NCBI GenBank assembly: GCA_963538075.1
Contig: CAUTGQ010000001.1
Coordinates: forward strand, 1-32,076
Direction of reading: 5' to 3'
Length of the DNA stretch: 32,076 nucleotides
Origin: an uncultured Atopobiaceae bacterium
Lineage (GTDB): Bacteria; Actinomycetota; Coriobacteriia; Coriobacteriales; Atopobiaceae
The position numbers and the translations under genes were made by a program. The notes beneath the pieces were generated by a model. The model worked only from the letters and a program-made list of their open reading frames with translations, did not search any database and had not been told where the DNA came from. Each line of letters starts with the position of its first letter. Position 1 is the first letter of the stretch. This document shows, piece after piece, positions 9,101 through 16,863 of this stretch.

Positions 9101-9744
9101 CTTGATGGGTGCTCTGGATTCAGTGCGTGATCACGGAATGCCTGGACAGCGTCCATGTCGCACATCTCAGCCAGATCAGCGTAATCCCAAACAGCAACCT
9201 TCTGAATCTCGTGAGAAGTACGGAAGCCGTCGAAGAAGTTAACAAATGGAACCTTGCCCTTGATTGCTGCGAGGTGAGCAACAGGAGCCAGATCCATAAC
9301 CTCCTGGACGTTGCCTTCTGCGAGAAGTGCAAAGCCAGTCTGGCGAGCAGACATAACGTCAGAGTGATCGCCAAAGATGTTCAGTGCATGGGTTGCAACG
9401 GTACGTGCGCTGACGTGGAAAACACCAGGAAGCTGCTCGCCGGCAATCTTGTACATGTTTGGAAGCATGAGCAAGAGGCCCTGAGAAGCGGTGTAGGTAG
9501 TGGTCAGAGCGCCTGAACCAAGAGAACCGTGAACAGCACCAGCTGCGCCAGCCTCGGACTGCATCTCGACAACCTTGACGGTTGTACCGAAGATGTTCTT
9601 TACACCCTGGGCGGACCACTGGTCAACATAGTCTGCCATTGGACTTGATGGGGTAATTGGGTAAATGCCCGCTACCTCGGTAAACGCGTACGACACGTAA
9701 GCCGCGGCGTTGTTACCGTCCATGGACTTAAACTTTCTTGCCAT
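6190..9744 (-). CDS. nifJ: pyruvate:ferredoxin (flavodoxin) oxidoreductase
   Basis: DGN.AAA, YPITPSS, EMQSEAGAAG, two CxxCxxCxxxCP ferredoxin motifs, GSCAGC, GGDGWAYDIG and YSNTGGQ. ATG follows AAGGAGAGGAA. Confidence 0.97.
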   Translation of the reverse strand: MARKFKSMDGNNAAAYVSYAFTEVAGIYPITPSSPMADYVDQWSAQGVKNIFGTTVKVVEMQSEAGAAGAVHGSLGSGALTTTYTASQGLLLMLPNMYKIAGEQLPGVFHVSARTVATHALNIFGDHSDVMSARQTGFALLAEGNVQEVMDLAPVAHLAAIKGKVPFVNFFDGFRTSHEIQKVAVWDYADLAEMCDMDAVQAFRDHALNPEHPSSRGSHENGDIFFQHREACNEVYNQLPAVVEDYMDQINAKLGTDYGLFNYYGAEDADRVVICMGSFCDTLEEVIDYLNAHGEKVGLVKVRLYRPFSVKHFVDVLPKSVKKIAVLDRTKEPGSVGEPLYEDVVSSLYEAGRTGIKVVGGRYGLGSKDTPPSSAFAIFEELKKDAPQREFTVGIVDDVTNLSLPEDPEAPNTAAEGTIECKFWGIGGDGTVGANKNSIKIIGDHTDKYVQAYFQYDSKKTGGITISHLRFGDHKIRSPYYVTKADFVACHVPAYIIKGYKMVRDVKPGGTFLVNCQWDAEEFAHHLPAEAKRYIAKNNINVYLINAIDLAKEIGMGKRTNTILQSAFFALAKVLPEADALQYMKDAATHSYLKKGQNVVDMNHKAIDAGATAFTKIEIPADWATAEDAPSTITLEGREALLKQVRDIMTPVSRMEGDALPVSAFKNHVDGQFELGAAAYEKRGIAVVVPEWNVEKCIQCNQCAYVCPHAVIRPFVLTDEEVAAAPAQSQFKDAVGPKAKGYKFEIAVSQLDCTGCSNCVYICPADALTMKPIEEQESKQEIFDYAVNHVSEKTELVANNVKASQFKKPLLEFSGSCAGCAETSYGRLVTQLFGDRMFISNATGCSSIWGNPASCSPFTTDANGHGPAWNNSLFEDNAEHGMGLMLGHQAQQKRLLELAQQLVDEDGASQDLKDAAKAWIESVNDAALSKEASKTFVVELEKSDLPAAKEILANKSFLTKKSFWIFGGDGWAYDIGFGGLDHVLASGEDINVFVFDTEVYSNTGGQSSKASRLGQVAQFAAAGKDIKQKNLAEIAMTYGYVYVAQVSMGANLQQTLKAIAEAEAYPGPSLIIGYSPCEMHSIKGGMAHAQEEMKKAVETGYWNLYRFNPAAPAGKKFTLDSKAPKGGYQEFLMNEARYSRLTREFPEHAEKLFKENEEAAMARYDHLVRLSELYAAEKKEQPEE

Positions 9745-10062
9745 TTCCTCTCCTTGCCTAATCTGTGATTTCTCACAGTATGCGTCTGTGCGATCCAAAA
9801 TAAAGCTGTAGACCCTGGGTGACTACGGAAACAAGTTTCATAGTTCGGCCGGCAGCGGTCGCATAATGCTTTTATTATTGCGCAAAAAAACAATGAAACA
9901 AATCAGAAATATGAGCCAATAAATACCTATTTTCAGGTAGGATTTTCTACCTGCGGAATTGCAAAATAAACATAACAGTTAAGTGCAACTTTTTTGTAAA
10001 TCGACAAAATATTCAAGTGCGCAAGCAGCCATCTGTCTGAAAATTGGACAAATTTTTACGTA

Positions 10063-10102
10063 AGCACTCAACGCACGGAAGTCTTGCTGCACGTTGAGTG
10101 CT
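10063..10102 (-). terminator. stem-loop, probable terminator of the purH operon
   Basis: AGCACTCAACG...CGTTGAGTGCT 11-bp perfect stem, extendable with G-U pairs on the minus strand, 38 nt after the stop at 10141. No U-tract on the minus strand. Confidence 0.5.
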
Positions 10103-10140
10103 CTTTTAATAGCCGTACTTTAGGGTCATATCTCTTTTGA

Positions 10141-10803
10141 TTACTTGGCCGCTTTAATCTCGCAAAGCTTCTTATAACCAAATAAGAAACGCTCTCCTAT
10201 CTCACCTTCAGCATCAGATGCGCAAACGACTCCGTGCTCGTCTGAAGTAAGGAAGGCTTCATCAAAATCAGCAGTTCCATCAAATACCTGTGCGACAACA
10301 TCTGGAATAAACTCAGTTGGCTCATGCAGGGTTTGTGCCAAATCAAGCACCAGACTTGTGGCTCCTGATCGAACGCTTTCTTCTGAAATACCTGCGATAA
10401 GCTTTCCGTCCTTCACTAGCCACAGCACTTCTGGTGCGCAATGGGTTTGCTGTTCTTCTCGCTGTGAAATTCTTGCGCGACCCGCAAGAGACAGAACAGA
10501 ACGCTCTTCCAAAGACTGATAAGGTCCAACAGTCATAGCAGCCTGTCCATTGCTCTCGAGCAAAATCATAAGAATGCCGTCTGGATATTCTTGTGATCCC
10601 TCTTTGAGCGTTCCCTCGATGTGCTGCTTAGCCCAAGCAATCAAATGCGGAGAAACATCTTTTTGAGCAACAACTCGTCTACTCAGCGCACGTAAATGCC
10701 TGTTATCAAGAGGGAGAACACCTCCAGCCAGTCTCCAACGACAAACAAGTTCTGGATTATCAAGCTCAAACTTCTGAGCCGCTTCTAACTCTTCCTGGTC
10801 CAC
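10141..10803 (-). CDS. hypothetical protein with fold-type-IV PLP aminotransferase (PabC/IlvE-like) similarity
   Basis: RHLRAL, LWLVKDGKL, SGATSLVLDLA and FDEAFLTSDEHGVV resemble class IV motifs. GTG start 5 nt after GGAGG. Confidence 0.55.
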   Translation of the reverse strand: MDQEELEAAQKFELDNPELVCRWRLAGGVLPLDNRHLRALSRRVVAQKDVSPHLIAWAKQHIEGTLKEGSQEYPDGILMILLESNGQAAMTVGPYQSLEERSVLSLAGRARISQREEQQTHCAPEVLWLVKDGKLIAGISEESVRSGATSLVLDLAQTLHEPTEFIPDVVAQVFDGTADFDEAFLTSDEHGVVCASDAEGEIGERFLFGYKKLCEIKAAK

Positions 10804-10856
10804 AGTGTCCTCCCCCAACTTTTTATGAAATGAACTGCTAATCCCGACTTAGCAGG

Positions 10857-12446
10857 TTAGTGCCTAAAGTGTCGCTTTCCTGTAAACACCATTGCAATAC
10901 CATACTCATCACAAGCAGCAATAGACTCATCATCTCTGACTGATCCGCCTGGCTGAATAATGGCTGTTACGCCATGGGCTGCCAAGGTATCAACGTTATC
11001 TCGGAATGGGAAAAACGCGTCGGATGCAGCCACAAGGTTCTTTGAATCAATTCCCATGCGTTCGCAAGCAGCTTCAGCTCGCTCGCACGCGAGAAGAGCA
11101 GCGTCAACACGGTTTGGCTGGCCTGGTCCCATGCCAATTCCAGCTTGATCTTTTGCAACCAAAATAGCGTTTGATTTAACGGTCTTACAAACTTTCCAAG
11201 CAAATACCAAATCATTCAGCTCTTCTGGAGTTGGTTGACGCTTAGTAACAACCTCAAAGCTCTCTGCAGTTTCATCTGCATGATCAAGGTCTTGCACCAA
11301 CAGTCCACCGTCAACAGTTCTCATTTCGAGCTCACGGCTTCTATCGATTCCGCCCGTAGCTAAGACGCGGAGATTGGTTCTCTTTGACAGGCGCTCTAGA
11401 GCCTCTTCTGTGAAGCTTGGTGCAATAAAAACCTCAACAAACTGCTTATTGATATCTGCAAAGTGCTCAACAAACTCCAGCGGAACTTCTCTATTTACTG
11501 CAATAATTCCGCCAAAAGCAGAAAGCGGATCACAAGCAAACGCTCGGTCATATGCCTCAACAACATTTTCTGCCGTTGCAGAACCACAAGGATTCTGGTG
11601 CTTCAAAATAATGACTGATGGATCATCAAACTCACGAACAGCTGCCCAAGCTGCATCGGTATCGAGTAAGTTGTTGTAAGACAAAGGCTTACCCTGAAGC
11701 TGCTGAGCATTTGCCAGAGAGTGTGCAGGAGCGCCGGGCATCTTGTAAAACGCCGCGGACTGCTGAGGATTTTCTCCGTAACGAAGATCCTGCTCTTTTG
11801 TTGCCTTTACCAGCAAAGTCTCTGGGAATTTACTCTGCTCTGATTCAACTACACCAGAAAGGTATGCGGCAATAGCGCCATCGTATGCAGCTGTTGTCTT
11901 AAATACCTTCAAAGCAAGCTGCTGGCGAGAAGCCCTTGTAGTTGCACCGTTATTGGAGCGCATCTCATCAAGAACACGACCATAATCTGCTGGATCAACA
12001 ACAACCGTAACAAAGTCATTATTCTTTGCAGCAGAGCGGAGCATTGAAGGTCCGCCAATATCAATGTGCTCAATTGCATTTTCTAGTGTCACTGATGGAT
12101 CAGCTACGGTCTTCTCAAACTCGTAAAGGTTAACGCAGACCAGGTCAATCATGCCGATACCATTGTTCTCTGCGTCTGCAACATGACCAGGGTTATCTCT
12201 GCGACATAAGAGACCACCATGGACGCGAGGATGCAATGTCTTGACGCGGCCGTCCATCATCTCTGGAAATCCGGTATAAGACTCAATAGGAACTACAGGC
12301 ACACCAGCCTCTTCGAGGATTTTTGCGGTTCCACCTGTTGAAATTACCTCTACACCAAACTCTTTAGTAAGAGCCTGTGCAAATTCAACAATACCTGTTT
12401 TGTCTGTTACCGAGATTAGCGCACGTTTGATAGGGGCCTCAGCCAT
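10857..12446 (-). CDS. purH: bifunctional AICAR transformylase/IMP cyclohydrolase
   Basis: RALISVTDKTG, STGGT, GRVKTLHP, IDIGGPSM, LRYGENPQQ, KHQNPCG, SDAFFPF and terminal RHFRH. ATG follows AAAGGAG. Confidence 0.97.
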   Translation of the reverse strand: MAEAPIKRALISVTDKTGIVEFAQALTKEFGVEVISTGGTAKILEEAGVPVVPIESYTGFPEMMDGRVKTLHPRVHGGLLCRRDNPGHVADAENNGIGMIDLVCVNLYEFEKTVADPSVTLENAIEHIDIGGPSMLRSAAKNNDFVTVVVDPADYGRVLDEMRSNNGATTRASRQQLALKVFKTTAAYDGAIAAYLSGVVESEQSKFPETLLVKATKEQDLRYGENPQQSAAFYKMPGAPAHSLANAQQLQGKPLSYNNLLDTDAAWAAVREFDDPSVIILKHQNPCGSATAENVVEAYDRAFACDPLSAFGGIIAVNREVPLEFVEHFADINKQFVEVFIAPSFTEEALERLSKRTNLRVLATGGIDRSRELEMRTVDGGLLVQDLDHADETAESFEVVTKRQPTPEELNDLVFAWKVCKTVKSNAILVAKDQAGIGMGPGQPNRVDAALLACERAEAACERMGIDSKNLVAASDAFFPFRDNVDTLAAHGVTAIIQPGGSVRDDESIAACDEYGIAMVFTGKRHFRH

Positions 12447-12587
12447 TGCCGCTCCTTTGTGTTTGACACTTACTATCAGAAACACCTACAGCCTATCAGC
12501 TGCAAAACACTACGTACTAGATGTAAACAAACTTGAAACTATTCTATAATCTTCCGCTGTAAAAACGCATGAAAGGAACTATTTCAT

Positions 12588-13217
12588 ATGTCTGCCGATA
12601 CTCCAATCATAGTCCCCTTCGAAGATACTGACTTACCAGAACTTATCTCAATCGTTGAACGCGTCTGGTACTTGGATGGCGATGAATCTAAAGAGACCAG
12701 TAGGTCTCTGGCTACCATTGATATTTCGTACTACATTGGCGTTTCAACTCATCGCTTTGTTGCAAAAAGCGGAAATACAGTTCTCGGCTTTATTTTCTGC
12801 TCCAACGGAGAAGACCCAAAAGATAAGCAGAAATGGGTTGAGCTTGAAAATGCCTCAACCATTACAGCTAAAAAGCTCTTAAGCCAGAAAGACTTTGAAG
12901 GCTATGAAGCCTTTGGTGTCGTCGAATCAAACCTGATTCACAAATACTGGAATGAAGGAGTCAAAACTCTCAAATGGGAAATTACGCTATTCTGCGTAAG
13001 CCCTGCTGCTCAAGGAGAAGGTGTCGGCGGCATGCTCTTCTCCTATATGCTCAATTTTTTGAAAGAGCAAGGAGCTAAGCATTATTTCCTTGCAACAGAT
13101 GATGACTGCGACATTAGTTTCTACCAACACAAGGGTCTTACCTGTAAAGATAAGGCTCCGATTAAAGCGGATGGACAAGACTTCGGCTTTGCCTACATCT
13201 ATGCGGGAGATCTCTAA
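12588..13217 (+). CDS. GNAT-family N-acetyltransferase
   Basis: Motif A-like LFCVSPAAQGEGVG and motif B-like FYQHKG. AAAGGA RBS. Confidence 0.8.
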   Translation: MSADTPIIVPFEDTDLPELISIVERVWYLDGDESKETSRSLATIDISYYIGVSTHRFVAKSGNTVLGFIFCSNGEDPKDKQKWVELENASTITAKKLLSQKDFEGYEAFGVVESNLIHKYWNEGVKTLKWEITLFCVSPAAQGEGVGGMLFSYMLNFLKEQGAKHYFLATDDDCDISFYQHKGLTCKDKAPIKADGQDFGFAYIYAGDL

Positions 13218-13219
13218 GA

Positions 13220-14155
13220 ATGAGTTCCTGCGTTGGAAGATTTGCGCCCACACCTTCTGGAAGAATGCATCTGGGCAACGTTTTCTCGGCCCTTATGGCT
13301 TGGGCCAGCGTTCGTTCCCAAAATGGCAGTCTTATTCTTCGCGTCGAAGACTTGGATATTCGTGCTCATAATCCTCAATACACCTCCCTCCTCCTTGATG
13401 ATTTACAGTGGTTGGGACTAACTTGGGATAAAGGTCCGCATTACCAAAGTAGGCGCACGGAGCTCTACCAAGAAGCTCTTTTAGATTTGAGGCAGCAGGG
13501 ACTCTTGTATCCCTGCTTTTGTTCCCGAGCAGACTTACACGCTGCACAAGCCCCTCATGCCAGCGATGGTACATATGTCTATGCAGGAACTTGCCGCAAT
13601 CTCAGCCAATCTGAGCGTAAAGAGCTTTCAGTCCATAAAATTCCAGCAACACGTATGCAAGTTCCTAATAAAATCTACACGTTTGAAGATAGAGTCTACG
13701 GTTCTACATCACAAAACCTTGCTGAATCATGCGGAGACTTTATTGTTCAGCGCGCAGATGGCGTCTTTGCCTATCAGCTTGCCGTGGTAGTAGACGATGC
13801 TGATATGGGCATAACTGAAGTGGTCAGAGGATCAGATCTTCTTTCCTCAACTCCTAGACAACTTTATTTGCAAGACATGCTTGGTCTTTCTCATCCCACG
13901 TACGCGCACCTCCCCTTACTTGTTGCGCCTGATGGTAGGCGACTTTCAAAGCGCAATCATGATCTAGACCTTGGTGTCCTTAGATCACAAGGAAAAACAC
14001 CGGAAGAGATTCTTGGCTTTCTTGCTTATTGCGTAGGCCTCACGGAAGAGAATGAGCCCCTTTCTGCAGTACAAATTGCAAATCGTTTTTCTTGGGAGAC
14101 ACTTCGCGCTCACCGAAAAAACGTGGTTGTTGAGCATTTTTCACATGTTTTGTAA
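13220..14155 (+). CDS. gluQ: glutamyl-Q tRNA(Asp) synthetase
   Basis: GRFAPTPSGRMHLGN, LRVEDLD, YPCFCSR, YAGTCR, YQLAVVVDD, VVRGSDL and RLSKR. At 311 aa it lacks the GluRS anticodon-binding domain. Confidence 0.92.
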   Translation: MSSCVGRFAPTPSGRMHLGNVFSALMAWASVRSQNGSLILRVEDLDIRAHNPQYTSLLLDDLQWLGLTWDKGPHYQSRRTELYQEALLDLRQQGLLYPCFCSRADLHAAQAPHASDGTYVYAGTCRNLSQSERKELSVHKIPATRMQVPNKIYTFEDRVYGSTSQNLAESCGDFIVQRADGVFAYQLAVVVDDADMGITEVVRGSDLLSSTPRQLYLQDMLGLSHPTYAHLPLLVAPDGRRLSKRNHDLDLGVLRSQGKTPEEILGFLAYCVGLTEENEPLSAVQIANRFSWETLRAHRKNVVVEHFSHVL

Positions 14156-14164
14156 AATGTCTTA

Positions 14165-14193
14165 TTGTGAGTGACGCCAGTTCGGGGTATCAT
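14165..14193 (+). promoter_or_regulatory. putative promoter for tRNA-Ser
   Basis: TTGTGA-N17-TATCAT, 17 nt upstream of the tRNA. Confidence 0.45.
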
Positions 14194-14210
14194 TCTCAAG
14201 CACCCATTTT

Positions 14211-14301
14211 GGAGAGCTGACCGAGAGGCCGAAGGTGCTCGCCTGCTAAGCGAGTATGGGCCCCAAGCCCATCTGGGGTTCGAATCCCCAGCTCTCCGCC
14301 A
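14211..14301 (+). tRNA. tRNA-Ser(GCT)
   Basis: GGAGAGC/GCTCTCC acceptor stem, CTCGC-ctGCTaa-GCGAG anticodon arm, long variable arm, GGTTCGAATCC, G discriminator and encoded CCA. Confidence 0.96.
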
Positions 14302-14310
14302 GAATTTTCT

Positions 14311-14340
14311 GCTCGTTGCACCTCTGCAACGAGCTTTTTT
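14311..14340 (+). terminator. intrinsic terminator after tRNA-Ser
   Basis: GCTCGTTGCA-cctc-TGCAACGAGC followed by T6. Confidence 0.85.
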
Positions 14341-14413
14341 CTTACCAAGAAGAACTTTTTCTAAGATTAGTCTTGCATTTTTAACTGGAAAATGGCATTC
14401 TATCTACTTGCAC

Positions 14414-14490
14414 GCGGCGTTACCTCAGCTGGATAGAGGACCTGACTACGAATCAGGGCGTCATAGGTTCGAATCCTATACGCCGCACCA
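14414..14490 (+). tRNA. tRNA-Arg(ACG)
   Basis: GCGGCGT/ACGCCGC acceptor stem, CCTGA-ctACGaa-TCAGG, GGTTCGAATCC and CCA end. Candidate promoter TTGCAT-N17-CATTCT at 14373-14401. Confidence 0.96.
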
Positions 14491-14500
14491 CTTGAATTTA

Positions 14501-14525
14501 GGAGCTCCTTCGGGAGCTCTTTTTT
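14501..14525 (+). terminator. intrinsic terminator after tRNA-Arg, abutting the convergent gene
   Basis: GAGCTCC-TTCG-GGAGCTC followed by T6. Confidence 0.85.
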
Positions 14526-14526
14526 A

Positions 14527-14847
14527 TTATCTACCTGGTCTTAAAGCTACTTCACCAGCAGAGTTAGCATATAAATAACGGTAGGAAATGCCAGCTTCAT
14601 CAAGCTCATCCATTACCTCAGCCATACATGTTTCTGCCATGATGACCTCCAGATACTCTTGTGGACTTAAGTCTTTTAAACCCACCCTGCCTTGGTCTGA
14701 AATCCATTTTCTTAAAGCTGCAAGTTGCTCTGGTGCTATATGGATTTCTGAATAAAACTCCTTGTGACCAAATCCAATTTCTGCTGCACTACCCTGCACA
14801 AACTGCCGTACTACAATATCTTTTTGTACCTCTACCAAACCTTTCAT
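14527..14847 (-). CDS. hypothetical protein (106 aa), probably DNA-damage inducible
   Basis: ATG with AAGAGG RBS. Fills the gap between two terminators. SOS-box palindrome upstream. No recognised domain. Confidence 0.7.
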   Translation of the reverse strand: MKGLVEVQKDIVVRQFVQGSAAEIGFGHKEFYSEIHIAPEQLAALRKWISDQGRVGLKDLSPQEYLEVIMAETCMAEVMDELDEAGISYRYLYANSAGEVALRPGR

Positions 14848-14885
14848 AGCTACCTCTTTCTTCTTTTGCTAGCCACAAGTATAGC

Positions 14886-14915
14886 TGATTTATAGAACAT
14901 ATGTTCTATAAATCA
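14886..14915. promoter_or_regulatory. LexA (SOS/Cheo) box within a perfect 30-bp palindrome
   Basis: TGATTTATAGAACATATGTTCTATAAATCA. Core GAAC-ATAT-GTTC at 14895-14906 overlaps the -35 position of a minus-strand promoter with -10 TATACT (14878-14883). Confidence 0.75.
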
Positions 14916-14921
14916 CTAATA

Positions 14922-14956
14922 GAAATGGTCTCCACAATTCTGTAGAAGACCATTTC
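14922..14956 (-). terminator. probable terminator of serS
   Basis: GAAATGGTCT...AGACCATTTC stem 33 nt after the serS stop, with a weak U-tail. Confidence 0.6.
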
Positions 14957-14989
14957 AAGAATTGAATCAATTTTGATTAAAAAGAGAAA

Positions 14990-16273
14990 CTATTCTGGGC
15001 GAATAACCTCGATACCACCCATGTAAGGACGAAGTGCCTCAGGTACGGTAACGGAGCCGTCTGCATTCTGATAATTCTCCATAATTGCAGCCATAGTACG
15101 ACCAACTGCAAGACCAGAGCCGTTAAGCGTGTGAACCAGACGGGTGCCCTTGAACTCTGCTGGATCCTTATAGCGAATATTCGCACGACGTGCCTGGAAA
15201 TCCCAGCAGTTGGAGCAGGAAGAAATCTCCTTGTATGCGTTATAGCTTGGGAGCCAAACCTCAATGTCGTAGCACTTGCATGCAGAGAAGCCAATGTCAC
15301 CAGTGCAGAGGGTTACCACGTGATAAGGAAGACCCAGAAGCTGAAGAATCTTCTCGGCTTCCTGAACCATGGACTCAAGCTGATTCATGGAATCCTCAGG
15401 CTTTGCAAACTTGACCATCTCTACCTTGTCAAACTGGTGAACGCGAATGATACCGCGGGTGTCTCGACCAGCTGAACCCGCCTCCTCACGGAAGCATGGG
15501 GTAAAGGCGGTGTAAAGCAGAGGAAGCTGAGATGCATCCAGGATCTCATCACGGTGGATATTGGTGAGCTGAACCTCAGCAGTTGGAATCAGGTAGAGGT
15601 CAGGCTGAACGTGGTAGAGGTCCTCTTCAAACTTAGGAAGCTGACCGGTACCAAACAGGGAATCCTGATTGGTAATAACTGGTGGCCACCACTCTTTGAA
15701 TCCTGCCTGGTTGTGCGTATCAATCATAAAGTTGATAAGCGCGCGCTCCATGCGAGCGCCCATGCCGCCAAGCAGATAAAAACGAGTTCCTGCAAGTTTT
15801 ACGCCACGATCAAAGTCAATCATGCCCAGTTCAGGTCCAAGATCCCAGTGTGCCTTTGGCTCAAAATCAAACTGAGTTGGCTCTCCCCACTTGCGGACCT
15901 CAGGGTTATCGGAATCATCCTTACCATAAGGAACCGATGCGTCTGGAATGTTTGGAATAGCTGCGACAAGAGCCGTGAGCTCCTCCTCAACCTCTCCGCG
16001 ACGCTGGTCAAGCTCTGCGATGCGGTCTTTATTAGCTGCTACCTGCTCTTTAGCTGCCTCAGCCTCTTCCTTCTTGCCCTCACGCATGAGAAGGCCAATC
16101 TGCTTAGAAACAGCGTTGCGCTCTGCCTGAAGAGACTCAACCTCAGCGATTACGCTTCTGCGCTCCTCATCAAGCTCAAAGAATTTCTCGCGATCCCAAT
16201 GAGCATTTTGCCTGGACTCGCAAGACTTATCTACGAGGTCAGGGTTCTCGCGCACAAATTTGATATCAAGCAT
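14990..16273 (-). CDS. serS: serine--tRNA ligase
   Basis: MLDIKFVRENPD N-terminus, coiled coil, LIPTAEV, CFREEAGSAGRDTRGIIRVHQFDKVE, EISSCSNC and TLNGSGLAVGR. Confidence 0.98.
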   Translation of the reverse strand: MLDIKFVRENPDLVDKSCESRQNAHWDREKFFELDEERRSVIAEVESLQAERNAVSKQIGLLMREGKKEEAEAAKEQVAANKDRIAELDQRRGEVEEELTALVAAIPNIPDASVPYGKDDSDNPEVRKWGEPTQFDFEPKAHWDLGPELGMIDFDRGVKLAGTRFYLLGGMGARMERALINFMIDTHNQAGFKEWWPPVITNQDSLFGTGQLPKFEEDLYHVQPDLYLIPTAEVQLTNIHRDEILDASQLPLLYTAFTPCFREEAGSAGRDTRGIIRVHQFDKVEMVKFAKPEDSMNQLESMVQEAEKILQLLGLPYHVVTLCTGDIGFSACKCYDIEVWLPSYNAYKEISSCSNCWDFQARRANIRYKDPAEFKGTRLVHTLNGSGLAVGRTMAAIMENYQNADGSVTVPEALRPYMGGIEVIRPE

Positions 16274-16383
16274 GCAGCTTCTCCTTGAATCAACACTTTT
16301 TGGCAGTGCATTTTTTCTTATAGCCTACCAAGTATATACTTGTATTTGGATTCTTAACCCTTCACATGTTCTGGAGCTGGATT

Positions 16384-16602
16384 ATGGACGCAATTAACTC
16401 TTTTATTGGTTGGCTTTTTGGCGATAAGACCGGCGTGTTGTTCCTCGTACTTGGTGGAATTTTGCTCTTCTTGGTTATTTCCTTTGTGCTGGAGCGCAAA
16501 ACCAAAAAGATGTATTTCAACCACAAAAAGACTGAAGACGACTGGGATCTCTTTGGAGAAGACGAAGAAGGCTGGTCTGACTTTGATGCAGACAACAAAT
16601 AA
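16384..16602 (+). CDS. small membrane protein with acidic tail
   Basis: ATG after GGAG (16366 is an alternative start). Hydrophobic segment GVLFLVLGGILLFLVISFVL, then basic and acidic tails. Followed by a terminator. Confidence 0.7.
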   Translation: MDAINSFIGWLFGDKTGVLFLVLGGILLFLVISFVLERKTKKMYFNHKKTEDDWDLFGEDEEGWSDFDADNK

Positions 16603-16607
16603 GTAAC

Positions 16608-16633
16608 AAAAAAGCCCCGTAAAGGGGCTTTTT
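16608..16633. terminator. bidirectional terminator
   Basis: AAAAAAGCCCC-gtaaa-GGGGCTTTTT between the convergent small gene and tRNA-Leu. Confidence 0.85.
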
Positions 16634-16643
16634 AAAATGCAAA

Positions 16644-16730
16644 TGGTGCGGGCGAAGGGACTTGAACCCCCATGAACTTGCGTTCATACGGACCTGAACC
16701 GTACGCGTCTGCCAATTCCGCCACACCCGC
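16644..16730 (-). tRNA. tRNA-Leu(CAG)
   Basis: Reverse complement GCGGGTGTGGCGGAATTGGCAGACGCG-TACGG-ttCAGgt-CCGTA, long variable arm, GGTTCAAGTCC and CCA end. Confidence 0.96.
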
Positions 16731-16863
16731 GTGCTAGGGAATAATACTACAACATTTTGTTTTCTTCTAATGGAAAAACAATAGATATATAAGAAATTTC
16801 TTTTCAGCGGTAGAATATAGACAGTCACGGCCGACAAACACACTTTAAACACAGGAGGTTGCC

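Noticed and set aside
9975..9983. ACAGTTAAG, an AgrA/LytTR-like half site upstream of PFOR
   Set aside because: There is no partner repeat at the expected ~21-bp period, and a single 9-mer can occur by chance.
12447..12587. ZTP (pfl) riboswitch upstream of purH
   Set aside because: Short AT-rich divergent promoter region without recognisable conserved ZTP elements.
14171..14578. 135-aa plus-strand ORF
   Set aside because: It runs through two tRNA genes and their terminators, so it is spurious.
14490..14990. Integrated element at tRNA-Arg(ACG)
   Set aside because: No integrase and no duplicated tRNA 3' end (att site) were seen.
16274..16383. T-box leader for serS
   Set aside because: Only about 110 nt are shared with a divergent gene, and there is no T-box consensus.
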